From Desulfobacterales bacterium (GTDB taxonomy: Bacteria; Desulfobacterota; Desulfobacteria; Desulfobacterales; UBA11574), in contig JAUVTO010000003.1 in assembly GCA_030601485.1 (NCBI GenBank), forward strand, positions 1 to 35,743: 35,743 nt of DNA, read 5' to 3'. A program made the position numbers and the translations under genes. The notes beneath the pieces were generated by a model that was not told where the DNA came from, ran no database searches, and saw only the letters and a program-made list of their open reading frames with translations. Positions 1 to 11,933 of this stretch are shown piece after piece. How positions within the stretch are numbered: the first letter of the stretch is position 1; each line of letters begins with the position of its first letter.

Positions 1-304
1 CTAACCATCGTAGCCTTGGTAGGCCGTTACCCTACCAACAAGCTAATGGTACGCGGGCTCCTCTCCAAACGATAGCTTACATGTAGAGGCCATCTTTGAT
101 TTTGAAAACCGAAGATTTCAAAATATTATCCGGTATTAGCATCGCTTTCGCGATGTTATCCCCAATTCAAGGGTAGATTACCCACGCGTTACTCACCCGT
201 GCGCCACTTTACTATCTTCTGCAAGCAGAAGAGTTCTCGTACGACTTGCATGTGTTAAGCACGCCGCCAGCGTTCATTCTGAGCCAGGATCAAACTCTCC
301 AATT
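1..304 (-). rRNA. rrs: 16S rRNA, 5' ~300 nt (continues beyond window start)
   Basis: Reverse complement reads AATTGGAGAGTTTGATCCTGGCTCAGAATGAACGCTGGCGGCGTGCTTAACACATGCAAGTCG; universal 27F site at 279-298; mature 5' end approximate. Confidence 0.99.
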
Positions 305-383
305 AAAATATATCAATTGCGTCTGCCTTCCGGCAGTCGCAATGAATTAACTGCGAAACCTAACTCACAAGCTGTCACTATTT

Positions 384-398
384 AGTTTTCAAAGATCA
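384..398 (-). promoter_or_regulatory. rrn leader BoxA antitermination element
   Basis: Minus strand TGATCTTTGAAAACT about 80 nt upstream of 16S, matching the BoxA form GxTCTTTGAAAAC. Confidence 0.75.
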
Positions 399-463
399 AA
401 AAGAACCATTAAAAGAATGGCTTTTTAAGCCCATACTGTCAAAGAGAAACAGTTGGAACTTTC

Positions 464-491
464 ATTATATGAAATCAATCTATATTGTCAA
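464..491 (-). promoter_or_regulatory. sigma70 rRNA promoter (TTGACA-16-TATAAT)
   Basis: Perfect -35 at 491-486 and perfect -10 at 469-464, with the 16-nt spacer typical of rrn promoters; A-tracts upstream. Confidence 0.85.
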
Positions 492-492
492 T

Positions 493-536
493 GTTTTTTT
501 TAAATTTGTACAAAGTTTTTTTTAAATTTGTACAAA
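493..536. repeat. Perfect 22-bp tandem duplication in the rrn UP-element region
   Basis: GTTTTTTTTAAATTTGTACAAA at 493-514 and 515-536, each copy containing the palindrome TTTGTACAAA. Confidence 0.9.
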
Positions 537-594
537 AATTCTCAATTTTTTAGACCAAAAGAAACAAAATATTTAAAATTATTTGTTACCTTTG

Positions 595-1920
595 TCAAGA
601 CTTATTTTTAATTATTTTAATTTTATGATACCGTTTTTTTCCTGCCCTTAATAGTATTTCCAGGTCAACAATATCGCTATCGGTTAACAGGTAATCAAAG
701 GATTCTATCCGCTGGCCGTTAACATAGGCCCCTCCCTGCTCAATGAGCCTTCTGGCCGCACTTCCCGAGTTTGATAGACCCACCATATGATACAACTTAA
801 ATGCCGGAATACCCTCTTTAAATCGGTCTATCTCTATGTGTGAATGTGGGGTCGAATCAACACTACCTGCCGCTTCAATCTCTAAGGCCGGTAAAACACC
901 GCCATCTCGATGAATCGAACTTGACGGCAGAATGTCTTTAGGAACAACTCGAGCGCCAAATTGGCTTTTAGCATCATTATATGCATTGATCGCCTCTTCC
1001 TTTCCGTGAGCAATCTGAGTGGTTTCAAATGCCAGGACAACCTTAGCGCTGTTTAAATCGGCACCGTTTAATTTCTCAAGCTCCTTGATCTCCTCCATGG
1101 GCAAAAATGTAAACAGAGCCATAAATCTGGCTACATCTCGATCATCTGTATTTACCCAGTACTGATAATAATTATACGGCAACGTTCTGGCCGGATCAAG
1201 CCACACAGCACCTTCAGCTGTTTTGCCCATCTTTGCGCCGCTGCTGGTAGTGATTAACGGAAAGGTAATCCCAAATACGGTTTCTTGACGAACCCTTCTA
1301 ATTAACTCGACGCCGGCAACAATGTTACCCCATTGATCACTCCCTCCCATCTGCAATCTACATCCATAATGATCATAGAGTTCCAGAAAATCATAGGCCT
1401 GTAAAAGCATATAATTAAATTCAATAAAATTGAGACCTTCCTCGGATTCAAGGCGCATTTTATAGCTTTCGGCTTTTATCATACGATTAACAGAAAAATG
1501 TCGTCCAAAATCTCTTAAAAAAGGTATATACTTTAATTTAGTCAGCCAATCGGCATTGTTCAACATCAGCGCATTGTCATCGCTAAAGTCGATAAATCGG
1601 GACAGCTGTTTTTTAATCCCCATTGCGTTCTCATCTACCATCTCAGGTGTTAAAAGCTTACGCATTTCAGTCTTTCCACTGGGATCACCCACAAGGCCTG
1701 TCCCGCCCCCTATAAGCGCTATAGGACGATGGCCGTGTTTTTGCATATGTGCAAGTGACATTATCGGAACAAGGCTCCCCACATGGAGACTGGATGCTGT
1801 AGGATCAAAACCGATATAACAAGTCACCTGCCCGGCTTCGAGATATTGGTCCAGCACTTTCTCATGTGTTGTCTGATCAATAAAACCTCTTTCTTTAAGA
1901 ATATCGATCAAATTCGCCAT
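595..1920 (-). CDS. tyrS: Tyrosine--tRNA ligase
   Basis: YIGFDPTASSLHVGS (HIGH), GGSDQWGNI, KMGKT (KMSKS), C-terminal S4 domain. Confidence 0.98.
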   Translation of the reverse strand: MANLIDILKERGFIDQTTHEKVLDQYLEAGQVTCYIGFDPTASSLHVGSLVPIMSLAHMQKHGHRPIALIGGGTGLVGDPSGKTEMRKLLTPEMVDENAMGIKKQLSRFIDFSDDNALMLNNADWLTKLKYIPFLRDFGRHFSVNRMIKAESYKMRLESEEGLNFIEFNYMLLQAYDFLELYDHYGCRLQMGGSDQWGNIVAGVELIRRVRQETVFGITFPLITTSSGAKMGKTAEGAVWLDPARTLPYNYYQYWVNTDDRDVARFMALFTFLPMEEIKELEKLNGADLNSAKVVLAFETTQIAHGKEEAINAYNDAKSQFGARVVPKDILPSSSIHRDGGVLPALEIEAAGSVDSTPHSHIEIDRFKEGIPAFKLYHMVGLSNSGSAARRLIEQGGAYVNGQRIESFDYLLTDSDIVDLEILLRAGKKRYHKIKIIKNKS

Positions 1921-1950
1921 GTTATTTTTACCTCATTCATAATTTTCAAG

Positions 1951-3513
1951 TTATTTGTTTGCGTACTCTACGGCCCGGGTTTCGCGTATAACTGTAACCT
2001 TGATCTGGCCCGGAAAAGTTAGAGACTCTTCAATTTTTTTGGCAATATCTCTGCTGAGAAGCGTTGACTCTTCATCAGAGATAATACCACTTTCGACGAT
2101 AACCCTCAGTTCCCTTCCAGCCTGAATGGCGAAGGTATTGGCAACTCCATTAAATGAGTTTGCTATGTTTTCAAGGTCTTCCAACCTTTTGATATAATTT
2201 TCAAGCAGCTCCTTACGAGCTCCGGGTCTTGCCCCGGATAAAGCATCAGCAGCTTGTATCAACAAATCATACACCGAACTCGGCGGCACATCTTCATGAT
2301 GAGCGGCAATGGCATGCACGACCTCAGGTGTTTCACCAAATTTTTTTGCGAGCTTAGAACCGATTATAGCATGCTGGCCTTCAACCTCGCGGTCAATCGC
2401 CTTTCCGATATCATGCAATAATCCCATGCGCCTCGCCAGTTTCGAGTTCAGCCCCAATTCAGATGCCATAATACCGCTTATAACACCCACCTCGACCGAA
2501 TGCTGCAGAACATTCTGAGCATAACTGGTACGAAACTTTAATCGACCGATATAGTTAATAAGTTCGCTATGAATACCGTGAACACCCAAATCAAAGGCCG
2601 CCTGTTCTCCAGCTTCTTTTATGGTTAAATCAACCTCTTTCCCAACTTTTTTAACAACATCCTCAATGCGAGCCGGATGAATCCGACCATCCGCTATTAA
2701 TCGCATCAGTGAAAGCCTGGCAACCTCGCGTCGAACCGGATTAAAACCAGACAAGATGACCGCCTCAGGTGTATCATCAATGATAAGATCAATACCGGTT
2801 GCCGCCTCAAGGGCACGAATATTTCTACCTTCTCTGCCAATTATTCGCCCTTTCATCTCATCGTTTGGAAGTTGAACCACTGAAACAGTATGTTCAGCAA
2901 CAAAATCTCCGGCGTACCTTTGGATGGCAGTAGCCATGATCTTTGTGGCTTTTTTTGTTGCCTGTTCTTTTGTTTCATTCTCTATCCTTTTGATAATCTT
3001 GGCACCTTCATATCGTGCCTCGTTTTCCATGGCCCTAATCAGAAGTTCCTTGGCCTGTTCCGCCGTTAAACCGGAAATTTTTTCAAGCTGTCTTTTTTGT
3101 TCTTCAATAAGCTCATTATATTTAATTTTAATCCGCTCTATTTCTTCCTCTCTAATCCCAAGCTTTTTCTCTTTTCGCGAAATGTCCCGTTCTCTGCGTT
3201 CGAATTGATCTATCTTGCGGTCGATATTCTCCTCTTTTTGAATCAACCGCTGCTCTTTCTTTTTCAATTCATATTTAGTCTCTTTAGTATCAGCATCAAA
3301 CTCACTTTTCATTTTGAAAAGTTTGTCTTTAACCTCCAGTTGGGCTTCTTTTATCAGAGTTTCTGATCTTCTCTTGGCATCCTCTAATATTCGCGAAGTT
3401 TCCCTTTCAGCCGCCTTAACTTTCTGAGCTACAATTATCCCTTTAACCCAATAGGCAATCGCAAAGCCTATCACGAATGCAATCATGCCTATTAATAAAT
3501 TATATTCATTCAT
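1951..3513 (-). CDS. rny: Ribonuclease Y
   Basis: N-terminal TM helix, coiled coil, KH domain ([13 protein letters not shown]), HD domain (LLHDIGK). Confidence 0.98.
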   Translation of the reverse strand: MNEYNLLIGMIAFVIGFAIAYWVKGIIVAQKVKAAERETSRILEDAKRRSETLIKEAQLEVKDKLFKMKSEFDADTKETKYELKKKEQRLIQKEENIDRKIDQFERRERDISRKEKKLGIREEEIERIKIKYNELIEEQKRQLEKISGLTAEQAKELLIRAMENEARYEGAKIIKRIENETKEQATKKATKIMATAIQRYAGDFVAEHTVSVVQLPNDEMKGRIIGREGRNIRALEAATGIDLIIDDTPEAVILSGFNPVRREVARLSLMRLIADGRIHPARIEDVVKKVGKEVDLTIKEAGEQAAFDLGVHGIHSELINYIGRLKFRTSYAQNVLQHSVEVGVISGIMASELGLNSKLARRMGLLHDIGKAIDREVEGQHAIIGSKLAKKFGETPEVVHAIAAHHEDVPPSSVYDLLIQAADALSGARPGARKELLENYIKRLEDLENIANSFNGVANTFAIQAGRELRVIVESGIISDEESTLLSRDIAKKIEESLTFPGQIKVTVIRETRAVEYANK

Positions 3514-3805
3514 TAGCCTACTCCCCGGAAATATTCATATTCAACACTCTCATCCAGATTAAACCTTTTAGTTTTACCTGTAAATTTCAATAGGTTAGTT
3601 TGATATCAGATAAAATTAGCCGCTATACGATACGACTTATGAAGAATGTTATAATAAGGCAGATTATGAATGAGAAATTGAGGAAAAGCCAGGTAAGGTA
3701 GCTAAAAAATTGATGATTTCTGTATGCCTTTAATGTTTCAATAGATTTGTACCGGCACTTCCTGCCATATCAGATTGATCGCCATCTTTGATCTGAATTA
3801 AGCAG

Positions 3806-3985
3806 GACCCCTGCCACAATGCCGTGTTGGGAGGTCTTTGAGCCAATAAAATAAAGTGGGCGCCTTTTATAATTTCTTTAGGCTTTTCTGTACGAGCAGA
3901 ACATGCGCACCAAAATCAGGGAAGGCTCCCTTTAAATGGATGTTGGGTCAAAGAACATCTTCCAATCACAAACACGGCAGGGGTC
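3806..3985 (-). ncRNA. ssrS: 6S RNA
   Basis: About 180 nt with complementary ends (GACCCCTGCCGTGTT...AACACGGCA..TGGCAGGGGTC) forming a long rod; canonical position downstream of zapA and upstream of rny. Confidence 0.85.
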
Positions 3986-4132
3986 AAACGCCTGGTTTAA
4001 GAAACATTAAGATCAAATTATATCCTGTGAGGATAACAAAAACTTCCTGGATTTGTCCTTAATAAATACAGGCATTAAGGGAGAAAAGGGGAAATACAAC
4101 CTATAGTAGTGGTATCAACTTGTTAAAAACCT

Positions 4133-4426
4133 TCAATCATTTACCGCAGCATCCAATTCGCGTATCAGATTCGCTGATTTTTTCGAAATATGTATCAACA
4201 AGTCTGAATATTTTCTTTTTTGCTCAATATTTTCATTCGCAATATTAAGTGCGGCTAAAATCAAAGTCGCAAATTTAGCAACTGATGACTGACTCGAATG
4301 TTGAGTTTCAACCTTGGTCACTTCTTTGACAAGGTAATCAGCAACCTCTTTAGCGTTGGTTATGTCTGATTCTGTTTTAAACGTATAAGGCTGCCCAAAA
4401 AGTTCTATTGTTACAAGTTGTTCCAA
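4133..4426 (-). CDS. zapA: Cell division protein ZapA
   Basis: VTIELFGQPYTF, VADYL, ILAALNIA motifs; next to 6S RNA. Confidence 0.92.
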   Translation of the reverse strand: MEQLVTIELFGQPYTFKTESDITNAKEVADYLVKEVTKVETQHSSQSSVAKFATLILAALNIANENIEQKRKYSDLLIHISKKSANLIRELDAAVND

Positions 4427-4469
4427 TGAATAAGTTCTTCTACCTTTTTAGAATCATCCCTTTTGGCCG

Positions 4470-4712
4470 TTATTCAACCTCTGCAATATCCTCTATCCTG
4501 ACCAAAAGACTATCAATCTTTGACCGGATCAAAGCCTTTTCTTGTGTGTAATTGGTTTCAGCATCAACCTTACCTTGAAGCTCTTCCTCCAACCTCTTAA
4601 TTTTATTCCTAAGTTCTAGGTTTGTCGCCTCAAGTGACTTATAAACATCGATTAATTTTTCAACTTTTTTTTCAATTTCTTCAAATTGTCTTAAGATAAT
4701 TTCGTTATCCAA
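4470..4712 (-). CDS. zapB: Cell division protein ZapB-like coiled-coil protein
   Basis: 80-aa coiled coil upstream of zapA; TTG start with GAGGTG RBS. Confidence 0.75.
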   Translation of the reverse strand: MDNEIILRQFEEIEKKVEKLIDVYKSLEATNLELRNKIKRLEEELQGKVDAETNYTQEKALIRSKIDSLLVRIEDIAEVE

Positions 4713-4764
4713 TCTTACACCTCATAATCTGTTTGTTTAATATAATCTTTTATATAACCGAAAG

Positions 4765-5517
4765 TCAAGATTTATTCCTTACCCGGTTATGCAAAATGTT
4801 TTCAACCGTCATAAGGTCATGTATGGTGTTAACCCCAACAGTCTCCTCGCTATCGTCACCAATAAGCACCCCCACAACCTTTCCTTCCCTATATCCTAAT
4901 TCAACAATATCGGTTAGATAAAACTCGCCTTGTACGTTGTCGGATTTAATTTTTTTTAATGAATCAATCAAAATTTCTTTTTTAACGCAATATATGCCGG
5001 TGTTAATTGTCTTTATGCTCTTTTGCTTAGCGGATGCATCCGCTTCTTCTACTATTCCTGACACATTCATCTTTTCATCAAACAAAACCCTTCCGTAACC
5101 TTTGGGATTGTCAATTGTTACGGCTAAAAGTGATATGTCTCGTTTAGCTATAATATGATCTTTTAAAAGCCTCATAACGGTTTCAAAAGTTAGAAGTGGT
5201 ACATCACCACATAAAATAATAACTTCTTTAGTATGATCAGGCAGATAAGGGAGTGCGCACGAAGCGGCATGACCTGTCCCGAGTTGATCTTTTTGTAAGG
5301 CAAAAATAACATTAGCATTTTCTGATACTACTTTTCGGACTTTATCAGCCTGATTGCCGATAACAAGAACAACATCATTTCCAGCAACTCTTTTGGCCAT
5401 CTCTACAACATACATAATCATGGGCTTACCGAAAATCTCGTGCAATACTTTTGCTTTTTCGGATTTCATACGTTTGCCCATTCCGGCGGCAAGTATTACA
5501 ATAGCTGGTTTTCCCAT
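4765..5517 (-). CDS. GlmU-like GlcNAc-1-P uridyltransferase, N-terminal domain only
   Basis: ILAAGMGKRMKS, QLGTGHA, ILCGDVPLL, GYGRV, INTGIY, EFYLTD, GVN; ends at 250 aa with no hexapeptide LbH domain. Confidence 0.9.
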   Translation of the reverse strand: MGKPAIVILAAGMGKRMKSEKAKVLHEIFGKPMIMYVVEMAKRVAGNDVVLVIGNQADKVRKVVSENANVIFALQKDQLGTGHAASCALPYLPDHTKEVIILCGDVPLLTFETVMRLLKDHIIAKRDISLLAVTIDNPKGYGRVLFDEKMNVSGIVEEADASAKQKSIKTINTGIYCVKKEILIDSLKKIKSDNVQGEFYLTDIVELGYREGKVVGVLIGDDSEETVGVNTIHDLMTVENILHNRVRNKS

Positions 5518-5596
5518 AATATTTTCCTTTTTTCACCCATCTCAAAACGCTCTTTCTTTTATATTTTAAACCAGGAGCATTGAATCCTTTGTTTTA

Positions 5597-5633
5597 AAAC
5601 AAAAAGGGCAAACCATATTTTTGGTCTGCCCTC
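5597..5633 (-). terminator. Probable intrinsic terminator after the atp operon
   Basis: Minus strand AGGGCAGACCA-loop-TGGTTTGCCCT followed by TTTTGTTT. Confidence 0.7.
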
Positions 5634-5709
5634 ATTATTATATAAATCCAACGATCATTTCCCGTATCTCAGGGATAAATATAAACTCAAAAGCCAACGG
5701 TATTTTTTA

Positions 5710-6120
5710 CTATTGCTTTGTTCCAGCAATCCTTATTCGATGCAAGGCTCTCTCCAGAGCTGCCTTGGCTCTCGCAAAGTCGATATCCTCATCTTCTTTT
5801 TCCAAACGTTTCTGGGCTCGTTCCATTGCAGCCTGTGCACGTCCGGTATCAATGTCACGTCTCCTTTCAGCCGATTCTGCCAGCACCGTAAGCTTATCCG
5901 GAAGCGCTTCAGCAAATCCACCGCTGGCAAAAATATATCTTTGCCCCCCGTCTGCACCCGTATAATGGATCATGCCTGTTTTTAAGGTCGTCAAAAAAGT
6001 GGTATGGCCGACAAGTACGCCAAACTCACCAAGACTTCCGGGAGCCACCGCAATTTGGACTTCTTCGCTAACAACCACTTTTTCAGGGGTAACCACTTCT
6101 AATGTAATATTTCCAGCCAT
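5710..6120 (-). CDS. atpC: ATP synthase F1 epsilon subunit
   Basis: LEVVTPEK, GEFGVLVGH, SGGFAE; last gene of the atp operon. Confidence 0.97.
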   Translation of the reverse strand: MAGNITLEVVTPEKVVVSEEVQIAVAPGSLGEFGVLVGHTTFLTTLKTGMIHYTGADGGQRYIFASGGFAEALPDKLTVLAESAERRRDIDTGRAQAAMERAQKRLEKEDEDIDFARAKAALERALHRIRIAGTKQ

Positions 6121-6136
6121 CCGTTTCCCCTCATAA

Positions 6137-7555
<1,419 letters not shown>

Positions 7556-7581
7556 CTATAGACCTCCAAATCTGTTGTTTG

Positions 7582-7607
7582 TTATTTGTTAATCGATTAA
7601 CAAATAA
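7582..7607. repeat. Perfect 26-bp palindrome in the atpG-atpD spacer
   Basis: TTATTTGTTAATCGATTAACAAATAA is its own reverse complement. Confidence 0.85.
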
Positions 7608-7627
7608 TTAGTGACTATTTCCCAGGT

Positions 7628-8518
7628 TTATCCTCTAAGGGCCTCGGCACCGCCGACTATATCCATCAACTCTGCGGTTATGGATGCCTGCCGAGCCTTG
7701 TTGTATGCCAGAGTGAGATTGTCTATCATATCGTCACAAGCTTTTGACGCATTGTCCATGGCCATCATCCGTGCGGCATGTTCGCTGGTAGATGTCTCCA
7801 GTAACGCACTGTATAACTGAACATATACGCTCCTTGGCAGTAGCTCACCCAAAAGTTCATCAGGAGATGGTTCGCAAATATGCTCCGCCAGATACGGCTT
7901 GTCCTGGTCTTCGGCCTCATCTTCATCAGATTCCATTGGCGGTATGGGAAGCAACTGTTTTATTGTCGCGACCTGCCGTCCCATGCTAATAAACTCTGAA
8001 TAAACGACATAGACTTCGTCATATTCTCCATTAAGAAATCCGTCTATCAAGCCTTTGCCGGCTGTGGAAGCAATATTGAACTTGATTACAGTCCCAATGA
8101 CGTCAATATGCTCGCTTCTGATAGAAATTTGTTTTTTACGACACCAATCCCGTCCCTTTTTGCCAAAGTTTGTAACGGAGAACTCTATATCCTCTCCGGC
8201 TTCTTTTATAAATGAATCGGCTTTGGAAATAAGGTGTGCATTGAAACCGCCGCACAAGCCCCGATCGGAAGTGCACAAAATAATATGTTTTTTTATGACT
8301 TCATCATGCGGCAAAAGAAGAGGGTTTGTTTCTTCTCCTGCTCTTCCTGAAAGACCTCCAAGAACTTCGGCGAACTTTTCAGCATAGGATCGAAAACCCT
8401 CCATATTGGTCTGGGCGCCACGCAATCTGGAAGCCGCCACCATGTTCATGGCTTTTGTGATTTGTTTTGTCTTCTTTACCGCACCTATTTTTGTTTTGAC
8501 CTCTTTTAACGTCGCCAT
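7628..8518 (-). CDS. atpG: ATP synthase F1 gamma subunit
   Basis: KQITKAMNMVAA, SDRGLCGGFN, SEHAARM, NKARQASITAEL. Confidence 0.99.
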   Translation of the reverse strand: MATLKEVKTKIGAVKKTKQITKAMNMVAASRLRGAQTNMEGFRSYAEKFAEVLGGLSGRAGEETNPLLLPHDEVIKKHIILCTSDRGLCGGFNAHLISKADSFIKEAGEDIEFSVTNFGKKGRDWCRKKQISIRSEHIDVIGTVIKFNIASTAGKGLIDGFLNGEYDEVYVVYSEFISMGRQVATIKQLLPIPPMESDEDEAEDQDKPYLAEHICEPSPDELLGELLPRSVYVQLYSALLETSTSEHAARMMAMDNASKACDDMIDNLTLAYNKARQASITAELMDIVGGAEALRG

Positions 8519-8653
8519 ACAAATCAGCCTTTATAATTCAAGTTATACAATCGCTTCGCGATTCTATGAAACGTCCACATTCGGCGGACTTAAAAAAAAG
8601 AAATTTCTATACTATTCAATTGCCTGTTATACAAATCAACAAATAACGAATAA

Positions 8654-10171
8654 CTATTTGATTGTATCCTTGAACTCCTCGTCATAAGCGTTCAGGGCCT
8701 CGGCCATAACTTTGTCAAGCTCATCTGATATCTCTTGTTTCTCCGCAATTTCAGTAAAAATCTGAGGATATCTGTCTTCAATAAAAGGGTACAGCCCGGC
8801 CTCATATTTCCCTAAAACACCAACCGGATATTTGTCGAGAAAACCTTTTGTTCCTGCATAGAGTAATGTCACCTGTCTTTCAACCGAGAGCGGTTGAAAC
8901 TGCGGTTGCTTCAAAATCTCAACAAGCCTTTCTCCACGGGCAAGCTGTGCCTGAGTTGTCTTATCCAGGTCGCTTCCAAAAGCGGCAAACGCTTCAAGTT
9001 CACGGAACTGGGCCAGATCAAGCCTGAGGGTACCGGCCACCTGTTTCATGGCTTTGACCTGAGCCGCACCCCCCACGCGAGACACAGAAAGTCCGACATT
9101 AATTGCAGGCCTAACACCTGCAAAGAACAGACTGGGCTCAAGAAAGATCTGCCCGTCGGTAATGGAAATAACATTTGTCGGAATATATGCTGCAACATCA
9201 CCTGCCTGGGTTTCAATAATCGGAAGCGCGGTGAGAGAACCGGCGCCCAGCTCGTCGTTGAGCTTAGCGGCTCGTTCCAGCAGGCGGGAGTGATTATAAA
9301 AAATATCACCCGGGTAAGCTTCACGACCTGGTGGACGTCTCAAAAGAAGTGAAACCTGGCGATATGACGCCGCCTGTTTTGAAAGGTCATCATAGATTAT
9401 GAGCGCATGCATCTTATTGTCCCGGAAATATTCCCCCATGGCACATCCCGAATAAGGAGCGATATACTGCAATGTTGCCGGGTCGCTGGCACAGGCTGCA
9501 ATAACAATCGTATATTCCATGGCCCCGTGTTTTTCAAGGGCGGCAACGACCTGGGCAACCGTCGATTTTTTCTGACCGCAAGCCACATAAATACAGTAAA
9601 CATCCGTATTTTTCTGATTAATGATGGCATCCACCACAAGAGCTGTTTTGCCGATCTGGCGGTCACCAATGACAAGTTCTCGTTGGCCGCGGCCCACCGG
9701 TGTCATGGCATCAATAGCTTTTGCTCCGGTGTACATGGGTTCATGCACACCCTTTCTGTCAATAACACCCGGCGCAACCATCTCGACCCTTCTGGTTTCT
9801 TTGGTATCTATCGGTCCCTTGCCATCAAGAGGTTCACCAACTGCCGAAAGTACCCGCCCAAGGACACCTTTCCCCACAGGAACCTCAGCAATTCGGCCGG
9901 TCCGCTTGACCATATCACCTTCTTTGATACCGAAGTCATCACCCATAACGGCAATGCCTACGTTATCTTCCTCAAGGTTCAGCACAAGGCCAAAAATGCC
10001 ACCCGGAAATTCAACCAGCTCCATGGCCATAACCTTTTCCAGACCATACACTCTGGCAATACCATCACCCACCGACAAAACAACCCCTGTTTCACTCAAT
10101 TCGACTTTCTTGTCGTAATCCGTAATCTGTTCCTTAATAATCTGACTTATTTCTTCAGCTTTTAGTTCCAT
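8654..10171 (-). CDS. atpA: ATP synthase F1 alpha subunit
   Basis: [30 protein letters not shown]. Confidence 0.99.
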   Translation of the reverse strand: MELKAEEISQIIKEQITDYDKKVELSETGVVLSVGDGIARVYGLEKVMAMELVEFPGGIFGLVLNLEEDNVGIAVMGDDFGIKEGDMVKRTGRIAEVPVGKGVLGRVLSAVGEPLDGKGPIDTKETRRVEMVAPGVIDRKGVHEPMYTGAKAIDAMTPVGRGQRELVIGDRQIGKTALVVDAIINQKNTDVYCIYVACGQKKSTVAQVVAALEKHGAMEYTIVIAACASDPATLQYIAPYSGCAMGEYFRDNKMHALIIYDDLSKQAASYRQVSLLLRRPPGREAYPGDIFYNHSRLLERAAKLNDELGAGSLTALPIIETQAGDVAAYIPTNVISITDGQIFLEPSLFFAGVRPAINVGLSVSRVGGAAQVKAMKQVAGTLRLDLAQFRELEAFAAFGSDLDKTTQAQLARGERLVEILKQPQFQPLSVERQVTLLYAGTKGFLDKYPVGVLGKYEAGLYPFIEDRYPQIFTEIAEKQEISDELDKVMAEALNAYDEEFKDTIK

Positions 10172-10722
10172 TATACACTCTCACCCCTTTTTAAAGATTC
10201 TCTCATATTGAGTAATTGTGTTTTGATGCTACCGTCCAAAACCAGATCACCTATTCGAGAAACAATCCCCCCTATAAGGCTGGGGTCTTGTTCAACCTCT
10301 AAAATAATATCTTTACCTGTCTTTTTCGACAGGGTAGTACGAATTTTTTCAACGGTTTCGGATGACAATTCAGTAGCCGAAACCAGACTGGCACGCACAA
10401 CGCCTTTTAATTCATCGGCCAGTTTTTTATAAAACTCATTGATATCACTTAGAAATCCAAACCGTCCTTTGTCAAACAGCAAAAGCAGGAAAGATGCCAT
10501 AACTTTGGAAATATTTACTTTATCTATTACCGCCTGCAAAACCTTTTTACGGCCTCCGGCATCATAAAGCGGGTTGGTAATTGCCTGCTCAAGCTCTTTT
10601 TCACTTGTAATTAAATCTGAAAATCGATCAAGTTCTTCTTTATAGGTCTCAGCCTTATCATCCTCTTTGCCGATAATCAGAAGTGCCTTGGCATAACGCC
10701 GGGCTATTTTCAAATTTTTCAT
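10171..10722 (-). CDS. atpH: ATP synthase delta subunit
   Basis: [24 protein letters not shown]. Confidence 0.97.
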   Translation of the reverse strand: MKNLKIARRYAKALLIIGKEDDKAETYKEELDRFSDLITSEKELEQAITNPLYDAGGRKKVLQAVIDKVNISKVMASFLLLLFDKGRFGFLSDINEFYKKLADELKGVVRASLVSATELSSETVEKIRTTLSKKTGKDIILEVEQDPSLIGGIVSRIGDLVLDGSIKTQLLNMRESLKRGESV

Positions 10723-11342
10723 TATGCCACCACCTTCTCTAAATATTCGTCTACCAATTTATCCTGATCCTGGGTTGTAATATTATTTTTTATCAAGGTT
10801 TCAGCATTAACAAGCGCTTTTTCGAGTATATCTTGCTGCAGTTTTATTTTGGCCTGTTTGAACTCATGCACAATATTGCGGCGGGCCTGTTCTTCTAGTT
10901 TCTCGACAGTCTTTTTTGCCTCATCGATAATCCTCGCCTTGGCCTCGTTTCCCTGCCTTATATACTCTTCAATAAGCTTCTCAGACTCCTGTTCCAAGTG
11001 CGAAAGCCTTTCATTGTATTTTACCAGTTCCTTTTCTGCTTCCTTTTTCTTAGTCTCCAGTTCGCTGAGCTGATCTTTAATACCTTTAATTCTGGAATCA
11101 AGCGCTTGTGATACAGGCTTGCGTAAAACCAAAAAAAGACCGATAGCCAGAACAGCAAAATTCATAACCTTGTAAGTATCGGTCGCTACCCATCCTTTAC
11201 TGCCGTTTCCTTCTGACGAAGCTATAGTCGTCCCCACAAAGCAGAATAAAAGCACGGCCATAATAACTATCGCGGTTAATCCTTTTTGAATAATCAGATT
11301 TTTGCGATTAATACCGGACTGTCTTCTTATATTAAGGTTCAT
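10722..11342 (-). CDS. atpF: ATP synthase F0 subunit b
   Basis: TM helix (VMNFAVLAIGLFLVLRKPV) plus long coiled coil; directly before atpH; start may lie further downstream. Confidence 0.93.
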   Translation of the reverse strand: MNLNIRRQSGINRKNLIIQKGLTAIVIMAVLLFCFVGTTIASSEGNGSKGWVATDTYKVMNFAVLAIGLFLVLRKPVSQALDSRIKGIKDQLSELETKKKEAEKELVKYNERLSHLEQESEKLIEEYIRQGNEAKARIIDEAKKTVEKLEEQARRNIVHEFKQAKIKLQQDILEKALVNAETLIKNNITTQDQDKLVDEYLEKVVA

Positions 11343-11866
11343 TAAACAGCCCTCCCCAGAATTTTTTCACCAATAGCACTCGCAAAGGTATCAATCTCCT
11401 TTTGTAAAGATGCCCTGACAGTCTCGGCATCCTTTGCAATTTTTTCACGTACCTCGGCAAGGTCTGCCTGAGCCTTTTGATTAATTTTATCGATTATCTC
11501 TCTTTCTTGGCCAGCAGCCTCATTTAATAGGGCATTCTTATCATTTAATCCTTTAGCCCTGGCATCTCTAATCCCCGAATCGAAGGCCTCGTTTTTTTCC
11601 TTTACTTCCTTGTCTGAAGTCTCGATATTCTGCTCAAGGTTTGTAATTTTTTCCTTTCTTTGGATCAGAATGTTGCGAATCGGCCTGAATAAAATAATAT
11701 TTAATACCCATACAATAAGGAGAAAATTGGCCATTTGGACCCAAAGCGTCCAATCAGGAATAACCGTTATTCCACCTGAGCCAAAAGCAACTCCCGTAAA
11801 CAATAGAGAGGCTAATATAAAATAGAAGATAATCCGACCTTTCCGGTTTAAACCAACTATTTTCAT
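11342..11866 (-). CDS. ATP synthase F0 subunit b'
   Basis: PDWTLWVQMANFL...ILFRPI, coiled coil, ends KILGRAV. Confidence 0.92.
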   Translation of the reverse strand: MKIVGLNRKGRIIFYFILASLLFTGVAFGSGGITVIPDWTLWVQMANFLLIVWVLNIILFRPIRNILIQRKEKITNLEQNIETSDKEVKEKNEAFDSGIRDARAKGLNDKNALLNEAAGQEREIIDKINQKAQADLAEVREKIAKDAETVRASLQKEIDTFASAIGEKILGRAV

Positions 11867-11933
11867 CTATAGATCCTCCATCCATGAAACTTGTAAACGC
11901 GATTTATATAAACTCATGTTTTTAACTCGGCGG

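Noticed and set aside
414-442. Second rrn promoter (TTGACA at 442-437)
   Set aside because: The matching -10 (CATTCT) is weak; possible but not supportable
3514-3805. Remnant of 5-formyltetrahydrofolate cyclo-ligase, often found after 6S RNA
   Set aside because: No ORF or recognisable motif found in the spacer
3856-4062. 68-aa plus-strand ORF
   Set aside because: Overlaps the 6S RNA antisense; no coding features
9407-10165. Long antisense ORFs within atpA (and similarly within glnS at 29591-30307, atpD and mrdA)
   Set aside because: Typical shadow frames of conserved genes; no RBS or recognisable motifs
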